Shown: in pieces, positions 8,646-16,725 of the stretch
Numbering within the stretch: the first letter of the stretch is position 1
Layout: every line of letters starts with the position of its first letter
Source: Clostridiales bacterium
Lineage (GTDB): Bacteria; Bacillota; Clostridia; Lachnospirales; CAG-274
Length of the DNA: 64,000 nucleotides
NCBI GenBank assembly: GCA_021200955.1
Contig: JAJQFU010000111.1
Location: forward strand, 214 to 64,213
Direction of reading: 5' to 3'
Notes under the pieces: model-generated
What the model was told of the DNA's origin: nothing
What the model saw: only the letters and a program-made list of their open reading frames with translations
Databases searched by the model: none
Program-made: the position numbers and the translations under genes

Positions 8646-9938
8646 TTATATCAGAAATGTCGCATACAAGGGTACGGAAATAACATCATCTGTTTTTCCG
8701 AAATTTTTAGTTGAAATTCTCAGAGCAAAGTCGGGAGAATATTTCTGTGTGAAAAGGTTAAGACTTCGGGAGCGGACGTGTTCTCCTTTTTTTACCTCTA
8801 TGCCGTAAATTTTATCGTCTTTTTGCAGAACGAAATCAAGCTCAGCCTGTGAATTTGTTCTTGTCCAATAATACAGAGGATAGCCTTTTGCGGCAAATTG
8901 CTGTGCTATATAGTTTTCGGTTACTGCTCCCATAAATATATTTGATGTGCCTGTGAGAATTGTGTTTACGGGCATTTTGGATTTGTTTACAAGCAATCCC
9001 ACATCGGACATATATATTTTGAAAGCGGTTTGGTCTGCATAAACGGCAAGGGGCTGAATTCCTTGGTCGATTCTTTGACATTCCAGTATAACACCGGCTT
9101 GTTTAAGCCATTCTATGGAAGCTCCGAAGATAGTTGAGGAACCGCCTTTTTGCACTACCTTATATTGGAATTTCTTGTTATCCTTTGCAAGCTGTGCCGG
9201 AATTGAGTTGTAACAGGCTCTTATTTTAACTGCTTCGGTATTGGTCGCATATTTTGACATATCTGCAGTATAGCTGTCTAAAATATCGTTTTGTACAAGA
9301 CCGGCATCAATGTATGAATTTGTTTCTATAAAGCTCTTAACGGCTTCGGGCATTCCTCCTACAATAAGATAGTCACGGTAAAGATTTAATGCCTTATTAT
9401 GGAGAGAATCATTCATAGGCTTTGACGCAGCATAGCAGTCATAAATTTCGTCACACAAAAAGTTGTTTTCTGTTGCCCAAAGAAATTCTTCAAAATCAAG
9501 AGGGAAAAGCTGATAAATATTAACCTTTCCCACAGGAAAAGAAGCCGCCTTTCTGTTTATGGCAACACCTAACAGACTTCCTGCGGCGGCAATATGATAT
9601 TCGGGTGTTTCTTCACAAAAATATTTAAGCGAGGTAACGGCTCGTTCGCAAGCTTGAATTTCGTCAAAAATAATCAGTGTTTCATCGGGTAAAATACGCT
9701 GACCGGCTTCGGCTTCGAGATATTTAATCAGCTTGGAAGGAGATATGTTGTCATCGAAAAATGAAGCCGCTGTGCCATTGCTCTCAAAATTGATATAGAC
9801 AGTGTTTTTATAGTTTTCCCTACCAAACTGCCTGAGAATATAGGTCTTTCCTGTCTGTCTTGCTCCGTTTAAAATCAAAGGCTTTCTGTTTGGACTGTCC
9901 TTCCACAACAGAAGTTTTTCCGTTATTTTTCTTTTCAT
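8646..9938 (-). CDS. AAA-family ATPase with a DUF4143-type C-terminal domain
   Basis: Walker A is LNGARQTGKTY and Walker B is LIIFDEIQ. The overall ~430-aa architecture is typical of the AAA_14 plus DUF4143 family. Confidence 0.8.
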   Translation of the reverse strand: MKRKITEKLLLWKDSPNRKPLILNGARQTGKTYILRQFGRENYKNTVYINFESNGTAASFFDDNISPSKLIKYLEAEAGQRILPDETLIIFDEIQACERAVTSLKYFCEETPEYHIAAAGSLLGVAINRKAASFPVGKVNIYQLFPLDFEEFLWATENNFLCDEIYDCYAASKPMNDSLHNKALNLYRDYLIVGGMPEAVKSFIETNSYIDAGLVQNDILDSYTADMSKYATNTEAVKIRACYNSIPAQLAKDNKKFQYKVVQKGGSSTIFGASIEWLKQAGVILECQRIDQGIQPLAVYADQTAFKIYMSDVGLLVNKSKMPVNTILTGTSNIFMGAVTENYIAQQFAAKGYPLYYWTRTNSQAELDFVLQKDDKIYGIEVKKGEHVRSRSLNLFTQKYSPDFALRISTKNFGKTDDVISVPLYATFLI

Positions 9939-10025
9939 ATCTTCACCTCCGTCTGTTGATATTATATCACCATTATCAGAGATAAGTCAATAAAAATCAT
10001 AGAATATTATATTTTATTTGAGTTA

Positions 10026-10349
10026 TTATTCGTTCCTTGCCTCATATAGCAAGATTCCTTTTTTATATACTTCATTTTCAATCGAAGATATATTTTTACG
10101 GCTTTCAAATCTGTTTTCGCTGCCTACAATAATATCAACAGGGTGTTTTTTAATATTGCGTATGCTCTTATATGCCCTTGCGGTTTCCTCGGCAATATCA
10201 TTTGTTTCATTATTTACAACGATATAAAAATCCAAATCACTTTCCTCCGTATTGGTTTGGTTTGCAAAAGAACCGAAAAGATAAACTTTTACAGGCTTCA
10301 GCGTATTAACAAAACAGGTTTTAATATCTTCTATTTCCTTTATTGGCAT
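10026..10349 (-). CDS. nucleotidyltransferase-domain protein (MNT-like), solitary
   Basis: LFGSFANQTNTEESDLDFYIVV matches the GS-x9-DxD minimal nucleotidyltransferase motif. No HEPN-like partner ORF lies on either side. Confidence 0.7.
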   Translation of the reverse strand: MPIKEIEDIKTCFVNTLKPVKVYLFGSFANQTNTEESDLDFYIVVNNETNDIAEETARAYKSIRNIKKHPVDIIVGSENRFESRKNISSIENEVYKKGILLYEARNE

Positions 10350-10640
10350 ATAATCACCACCATCTTATTTTATTTGATAATAACTCTGCATAATTTTTAT
10401 ATGCAGTATTTTATAACATTGGAGAGGATTTCTCTAATATACGGATTTAGTCAAATAAACATCATCTCTTATACCTTAATGTTATCACAAAGCAAATTAC
10501 TAATCAATCAAAAAAATGCAGAAATATGACCGTTTTAAGTGTTAATGAAAATTTAGATAAAAAAGAATTAGATTTTTTGTGAAAAAATATTGCACGAAAA
10601 ATATTGCAATGGAGGCGTAACTGTGGTAACATATAAACGT

Positions 10641-10649
10641 GGGGGGGGG
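10641..10649. repeat. G9 homopolymer tract in the 5' region of the AAA_21 ATPase gene
   Basis: Nine consecutive G lie 39 nt upstream of the ATG at 10688, in an otherwise AT-rich intergenic region. Confidence 0.9.
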
Positions 10650-10687
10650 TAGACTGTAACAAAAATCAGAGAGGGAGGTTTGATGAA

Positions 10688-11962
10688 ATGCTTATTGAAG
10701 TAAGAATAAAAAACTGCTTTTCATTTTATGATAAGGTTACTTTTTCTATGAAAGCGGATATGCGAAACAAAAAGTTTGCTTCAAACGTATATAGAGAAAA
10801 CAATTTCAATATTCTTAAGACATCGGGAATTTACGGAGCCAACAATGCCGGAAAGACCTGTCTTGTGAAGTGTATCAGATCAATAAAGAATGCTTTGCTG
10901 AATAGAAATATTGGAGTACAATGTAATATTTTCCACGAGAAAAGCATATGTGAGTTAGGAATATCTTTTTTATCTGATGGTCGTGAATATTCATATGATT
11001 TTTGGTATGACTGTAACAAAAAGGAATATCCTTATGAAAAGTTTTCGGAAATAAAAAAAGACGGCTATAATAATGAATCAGAGGTAAAGTGGCTGTTGAA
11101 GGATAATATAAAATCTCAATATTATTATAAAGACAGCAGTGAAAAAAGAATTGCGGATATGATTCCTATGATAGCTAACAACAGCTTGCTTATATATATG
11201 ATGGATGTTAGCAAGTTTGAGCTTTTGGCTGAGATGAAAAAAATCGTTACCGAATTTGCATCTAAAATCGACATTGTTAGTATGTATAATATACCCATAA
11301 AAAAGACTATAGATTTAATGAAGAACAAAAACAATCTGAAAAACAAGGTAGATGACTTCATTAGGAATGCAGATATTTATATGGATAATTTTGAATATAT
11401 AGGTGACGATAAACTCTTTTTGGCTGTTGACAGTAAAATTGATGAAAAAGAGATTGATGAAAAGGTTCTTGACATTCCGGAGCAGATTGTGGACCAGCTT
11501 AGGCTTGTGTCTGTATATAAGGGTATTCCTGTTTCTTCTATGTTTTATGATTCTACCGGAACAAAGAAAATTATAGCCCTTGCGAGCTATGTAATTGAAA
11601 GCTTGGAGCAGGGAAGAATCTTGATTGTAGACGAATTAGACAGCAGTATTCATTTTAAATTGACAAGAGCTGTTGTGGCTATGTTTAATAATGAGCTTAA
11701 TATTAATGCCCAGCTGATATTTACCGTTCATGATATTAATTTGATGGATTGTAAAAAGTTATTCAGAAAAGAGCAGATATGGTTTGTCCACAAGGATGAA
11801 GAGGGTGTATATCTTTATTCACTGGCGGAGTTTACCGCTAATGACGGAGTACGTGACACAACGGATATAAAAGAAAAATATAGAAGGGGAGTGTTGGGGG
11901 CGGTTCCTAATCCCGATTTGATAAAGACATTGTTGGCTATCAGAGGAAATAAATCTGAGTAA
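10688..11962 (+). CDS. AAA_21/ABC-type ATPase (abortive-infection-like), orphan
   Basis: Walker A is GANNAGKTC. The distal Walker B and signature region is ILIVDELDSSIHFKL...IFTVHD. An RBS GAGGGAGG lies upstream. No nuclease partner gene is adjacent. Confidence 0.7.
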   Translation: MLIEVRIKNCFSFYDKVTFSMKADMRNKKFASNVYRENNFNILKTSGIYGANNAGKTCLVKCIRSIKNALLNRNIGVQCNIFHEKSICELGISFLSDGREYSYDFWYDCNKKEYPYEKFSEIKKDGYNNESEVKWLLKDNIKSQYYYKDSSEKRIADMIPMIANNSLLIYMMDVSKFELLAEMKKIVTEFASKIDIVSMYNIPIKKTIDLMKNKNNLKNKVDDFIRNADIYMDNFEYIGDDKLFLAVDSKIDEKEIDEKVLDIPEQIVDQLRLVSVYKGIPVSSMFYDSTGTKKIIALASYVIESLEQGRILIVDELDSSIHFKLTRAVVAMFNNELNINAQLIFTVHDINLMDCKKLFRKEQIWFVHKDEEGVYLYSLAEFTANDGVRDTTDIKEKYRRGVLGAVPNPDLIKTLLAIRGNKSE

Positions 11963-12013
11963 CAGATAGCCTTATGTATTTTCAAGATATTGAAAACCAA
12001 ATTAAGCTATTAA

Positions 12014-12042
12014 TTTAGGGCGAGGTATCTACTCGCCCTAAA
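12014..12042. terminator. bidirectional hairpin terminator between convergent genes
   Basis: TTTAGGGCGAG-GTATCTA-CTCGCCCTAAA lies between the stops at 11962 (+) and 12059 (-). Confidence 0.6.
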
Positions 12043-12058
12043 TATATCTATTATTATG

Positions 12059-13741
12059 TTATTTAAGAAGAACTCGGCATAGTTTTTTATAGAATGCTAT
12101 GCCATAACATTTTATATCTGTGATACCCATATTGGAGAGGGAATGCTCATAGTTTTTATCATCAATTTGTTTTAAAGCCTTTTCGGCATATTTGTTTAAA
12201 GTTTCCTCGTTATCGGCGTATTTTATTTCAATTATAAATCCGTATTTATCCTCAGGTCTGACAACTCTTATGTCGGGAAAGCCTTTGCCGCTTTCTTGAT
12301 TGGATTCTACGTTCCAATAGAAAGGACGGCTATTGAGTATACCCAATAACAAACCGTGATAGAAATTTTCTTTTTTTTCTTCGGGAACTTGAGAATCACG
12401 AATGCTAACTGACCTTCTAAGCAAAGTATTCAGATGATTTTCTATTGTTGCTGCATCACCTTTCGGGAAAGCATTGCAGAAAAGGTTAAGGCTATCCGTA
12501 TCACTGTAAACCTTTGTGTCAAACCAAGTTGTAATCTGGTCTTCAAACAGATTTTTGATTTCTCGGTTAGGTATTGTAAGCTCGTAAAATCCATTTTCAT
12601 CTATATTATGACAGGTGAGATAGCCCGTTGTAAAAAGAATACCCCAAAGGTTGTCTACTGTGCTGTTAATATCGGGATAGGTTAAATCAGTTCGAATCCT
12701 CTTCTTTACACTTTCTCCGGCAATCAGCTTTTCGATTTCATCAAGTGTTTTTCTGTCGGCTTTGTCGGCAAAGTTACGGATAATTCCATTCTCGCTTACA
12801 TTAGCCCAGAAGTTTTGAGGAGCCTTGTTTGAGTTGGTGAGCAGATAATCACAGTAGTTTATAATGTCCCATGGACAGTAAAGACTTGTGGAGCCGATTT
12901 GATAGCCGTCATACCAATCTTTAGCTGTATCGTAGTATTTGCTTAACTCATAGGTATCAAGAAGCTCTTTGACTTCATCATCTGTAAAGCCGAACCACTC
13001 GTCACATCTTTCATCAACAAGTGAAAACACCTTGGGATTATTAAGGTCGGAAAAAATACTTTCCTTAGAAACTCGCAGACAGCCTGTAAGAACTCCGAAA
13101 TGAAGAAATTCGTTTGACTTAAGGGCATATCCGAAAAGTTGTCTGATTAACAAAACCATTTTCTTGTAATAGCCGTTTTCGTGTGCTTTTTGCAAAGGAG
13201 CATCATATTCGTCAATCAGTATAATAACTCTTTTATCATATTCCTTGTAGAGTATTCTGGACATAAGCTTCAGACTGCTTGCTAAATTTCCTATGCCGCC
13301 GCTTAAATTTAACAGGTTAAGTTTGTCACGGTTATTAAGTTTGGCACTGTCTTGTAAATAGTCGAATCTTTCTGCTTCGGCTTTGATTACATCCCATAAA
13401 TTCTCTTTAGCTTCTTCAAAGGTGTCTCCGCTGACCTCTTTGAGAGAAACAGCTATAACCGGATATTGTCCCATATGCTTTTCACACAGTTTAGTTTCTT
13501 TGGAAATATCCAAGCCATCAAACAGACTTTTATCGCTTCCGATTTCAAAGAAGTTTTTGAGCATACTCATATTAAGGGTTTTGCCGAAGCGTCTGGGTCG
13601 GGTGAAAAGATTTACTTCGCCCTTGTTTTCAAGCAATTCTTTTATAAAACCTGTCTTATCAATATAATATAAATTTTGTGTTCGTGCTTTTGTAAAATCA
13701 TCTGTTCCTACAGGCAAAACCTTTCTTTTCATCTCACTCAC
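12059..13741 (-). CDS. AAA-ATPase-like plus PD-(D/E)XK (PDDEXK_9) family protein
   Basis: The N-terminus is LPVGTDDF...YYIDKTGFIKELL...FTRPRRFGKTLNMSML. The C-terminus GFPDIRVV...GFIIEIKYA has a D..E.K nuclease-like motif. Confidence 0.75.
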   Translation of the reverse strand: MSEMKRKVLPVGTDDFTKARTQNLYYIDKTGFIKELLENKGEVNLFTRPRRFGKTLNMSMLKNFFEIGSDKSLFDGLDISKETKLCEKHMGQYPVIAVSLKEVSGDTFEEAKENLWDVIKAEAERFDYLQDSAKLNNRDKLNLLNLSGGIGNLASSLKLMSRILYKEYDKRVIILIDEYDAPLQKAHENGYYKKMVLLIRQLFGYALKSNEFLHFGVLTGCLRVSKESIFSDLNNPKVFSLVDERCDEWFGFTDDEVKELLDTYELSKYYDTAKDWYDGYQIGSTSLYCPWDIINYCDYLLTNSNKAPQNFWANVSENGIIRNFADKADRKTLDEIEKLIAGESVKKRIRTDLTYPDINSTVDNLWGILFTTGYLTCHNIDENGFYELTIPNREIKNLFEDQITTWFDTKVYSDTDSLNLFCNAFPKGDAATIENHLNTLLRRSVSIRDSQVPEEKKENFYHGLLLGILNSRPFYWNVESNQESGKGFPDIRVVRPEDKYGFIIEIKYADNEETLNKYAEKALKQIDDKNYEHSLSNMGITDIKCYGIAFYKKLCRVLLK

Positions 13742-14020
13742 TCCCGGTTAAAATCAAATACGAATCATCTCTTATATCTTAATGTTACCACAAAGCAAAT
13801 GACTAATCAAGCAAAAAAATACACTGCTTTGCGGCAAAATAAAAGGGCATCTGAATGCCGTTTTGAGTGCCGTTACAGTGCCGTTATTGCCGTTGTAATG
13901 CCGTTGAAATTTTTAAAAATGAAGCAAAATCCCTACATTTTTATACCGAAAAACACCAAAAACTACCTAAAAATGACCGTTTTTAACATTGAAAAAAGAT
14001 ATAGAAGGCTTCGGGACGGA

Positions 14021-14063
<43 letters not shown>

Positions 14064-14070
14064 TTCAAAA

Positions 14071-14099
14071 AGTCCTGTAAATAAGCGGTTTACAGGACT
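14071..14099 (+). terminator. rho-independent terminator after the tRNA fragment
   Basis: AGTCCTGTAAA-TAAGCGG-TTTACAGGACT is followed by TTTT. Confidence 0.7.
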
Positions 14100-14426
14100 T
14101 TTACAATTTTTGGAAACCTCGAAAATAACGGAATTGGGAACAGTTTTGGGAACACTTTCTTTTAAATTGCTCCCAATGCTTCAAATTTAGCTAAATTAAT
14201 AAAGTATTTTGGGAGAAATTATACAGCGGCACAAGCTTTAATTTGAACTTGGCCGCTGTGATTTTTTCTTTGATATATTTTTACGCTAATAAGAAATTAC
14301 AAATAAACGATTTTCTATTATAAATGCTTTCGTTCATGTCGCTGTAATTGTCTTTAGCTTCTCGAGATATTTAAAACTAACTGCTGCCTCGTTTATCAAA
14401 ATGAAGGTAAAATAAGTTTATATTTA

Positions 14427-14762
14427 TTACTGTCTGCATTTCAAGCTGTTTCCCCACAGAGCAAGTTCTGATAAAATGGGAATCAGAGAACGTACCGAAT
14501 CGGTTATTTCATATTCAACCCGAATAGGAACCTCCATATATTCGCTTCTTTTTACAAGTCCATCCTGTTCGAGCTCTTTTAATGACTTGGCAAGCATTGT
14601 GTTGGAGATGCCTCCCATTTTTCGTTTGAGATCATTATATCTGGTTGCGCCGTCATTTGACAGTGAACACAAAATAGAAATTTTCCATCTTCCGCCTATG
14701 GCATTCATAGCCTTTTGCAAAGGACAAAGCGTTGTACAAGGGCAAATATGTTCTTTCGCCAT
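14427..14762 (-). CDS. HxlR-family winged-helix transcriptional regulator
   Basis: CPLQKAMNAIGGRWKISIL...GISNTMLAKSLKELEQDGLVKR is a typical HxlR signature. The gene is divergent from the flavodoxin-like gene. Confidence 0.85.
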   Translation of the reverse strand: MAKEHICPCTTLCPLQKAMNAIGGRWKISILCSLSNDGATRYNDLKRKMGGISNTMLAKSLKELEQDGLVKRSEYMEVPIRVEYEITDSVRSLIPILSELALWGNSLKCRQ

Positions 14763-14929
14763 TTTATTTCCTCCTAAATAAGTTTTTTGTTACTTACTCC
14801 GCAAAAATTGCGTAGTTGACATAAATATATCTCACTATTATAATAGTATTATAGCAGATACCAAATTAAGAGTAAAGCATTTTTTAGGAGTAAAAGCTAA
14901 ATACAATATTAATATTGGAGGAGATTACT

Positions 14930-15346
14930 GTGAAAAAATCAAAAGCGGCTGTACGCTATTTATCTAAATCAGGCAATACAAAAAAACTGGCAGATGCAAT
15001 TGGGAAAGCTGTCGGCGTTAAGGCAGAACAGATTCCCACACCGGTCACCGGCAAGGTGGATATTCTGTTTTTGGGTGCTTCTGTTTACTGGGGTGGCATA
15101 AGCTCTGAGGTTAAGAAATATATACAGACGCTGGATAAAGATAAGGTCGGAAAGGTTGTAGTATTTTCCACATCGGCAATGGCAGAAAGGGCATTTCCTC
15201 AAATTCAAAAATTATTGCAGGACAAGGGCATACCTGTTGAAAGTAAAAATTTTTATTGCAGGGGAGAATTTACAGTGCTTCATAAAGGGCATCCGAACCA
15301 AGATGATTTAAAGGCTGCAGAAAAGTTTGCGGCAGGGATTATTTAA
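14930..15346 (+). CDS. flavodoxin-like fold protein
   Basis: It has YLSKSGNTKKLA and VDILFLGASVYWG motifs. I prefer the GTG at 14930, which is 7 nt after GGAGGA, over the TTG at 14915. Confidence 0.6.
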   Translation: MKKSKAAVRYLSKSGNTKKLADAIGKAVGVKAEQIPTPVTGKVDILFLGASVYWGGISSEVKKYIQTLDKDKVGKVVVFSTSAMAERAFPQIQKLLQDKGIPVESKNFYCRGEFTVLHKGHPNQDDLKAAEKFAAGII

Positions 15347-15361
15347 ATAAAGAATACAGCT

Positions 15362-16702
15362 ATGGATCATTTTGTAAATATACTTGTTAAATTATTTGTC
15401 TTTTTATCACGCTTTGCCACCGTTTTATCCAAAATAGGCTTAACAGAATACAGAAGCTTTGGGAATTTTGAGAAAGACCCAAAGCTTTACATATTGTTAG
15501 TGGGATATAACGGTGCAGGAAACACCGGTGCAGATATACGAACAGCGGAAATCGTGAAGCAGCTTACGCAGCGGATCGGAAAAGAAAATTTGCAAATTTC
15601 CGTTATGACACTTGATAAGAAAAATCTTCGCTGTTATTTTGATGCCGATGTAAGGCTTATTCATTTCAGTTCTGTGTTTTTTATTGATGTATTTAGGGCA
15701 TGCTGTGCAAATCAGGCTGTTATATTGTGCGAGGGTTCAACTCTTAAAAGTAAGTTTGCCAATGCGCTTACCTTGTATTTTTGCGAAGCGGAGGGAATTA
15801 TGAAAGCTCAGAATAAGCCCTGTATAGCCTACGGTTCGGAAGCAGGCGACATGGACTTGTTTTTAGAACGCACTGTCAAAAAACTCTGTTCAGATACTTA
15901 TTTTATTGCCCGAACTCAAAATTCATTGAAACGTATACAAGCCTTGGGATTGAAAGGTCATTTAGGAACCGATGCCGCTTGGAAATTTGACAGTACCTCT
16001 CATACTGAGTGGGCAGCCGAACAGCTTAGGCAGTCGGGTTGGGACAGTGAAAAACCTCTTTTGGGCATTGCTCCGATTAACCCATTTTGGTGGCCTGTGA
16101 AGCCTTCTCTTTTAAGGTGGCTTAAATGTAAAATTACCGGTGATAAGTCCTTGCAGTTTCAATTATGGTATTTTTTCAGTGACTCTAAGCAGCGACAGCG
16201 GCAGTTTGAAAATTATTTGAGTGGAATTGCTTCGGCGTTAAATGAATTTGCGGCAAAATATTCCTGCCATACTGTAATTTTGGGAATGGAGCGGCTTGAC
16301 GCAGATGCCTGTGAGAGACTGAAGGAAAAGCTTAAAGTTTCGACTTCTGTTTTTTTATCGTCAGACTATAATGGTTTTGAAATGGCTGCTTTATTAAGGC
16401 AGCTGTCAATGCTTGTTACTTCAAGATACCATGCACAGGTACTTTCTATGGAAACAGGTGTTCCGAGCATTGCAGTTTCTATGGATGAGCGTTTGGACAA
16501 TATTATGGAGGAAACGGATATGTATCGGCATCAGCTTCTTCACACAAATGACAATGAGCTTGCCGTAAAGCTTGCGCAGGCTTTGGAGTATATACAGTCA
16601 AACCGAGAAAATATACAATACAAAATCGGGCAAAGGCTTGATGATTATAAAAACAGACTTGATGAAATGGGAGATTTTTTGGCAGAAAAGCTTTTTTCAT
16701 AA
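15362..16702 (+). CDS. polysaccharide pyruvyl transferase family protein
   Basis: The C-terminal segment TSRYHAQVLSMETGVPSIAVSMDERL resembles the conserved R-x-H / G-x-P block of PS_pyruv_trans proteins. Confidence 0.55.
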   Translation: MDHFVNILVKLFVFLSRFATVLSKIGLTEYRSFGNFEKDPKLYILLVGYNGAGNTGADIRTAEIVKQLTQRIGKENLQISVMTLDKKNLRCYFDADVRLIHFSSVFFIDVFRACCANQAVILCEGSTLKSKFANALTLYFCEAEGIMKAQNKPCIAYGSEAGDMDLFLERTVKKLCSDTYFIARTQNSLKRIQALGLKGHLGTDAAWKFDSTSHTEWAAEQLRQSGWDSEKPLLGIAPINPFWWPVKPSLLRWLKCKITGDKSLQFQLWYFFSDSKQRQRQFENYLSGIASALNEFAAKYSCHTVILGMERLDADACERLKEKLKVSTSVFLSSDYNGFEMAALLRQLSMLVTSRYHAQVLSMETGVPSIAVSMDERLDNIMEETDMYRHQLLHTNDNELAVKLAQALEYIQSNRENIQYKIGQRLDDYKNRLDEMGDFLAEKLFS

Positions 16703-16725
16703 AAGGTACGGCGGCAGGGAGGTGA

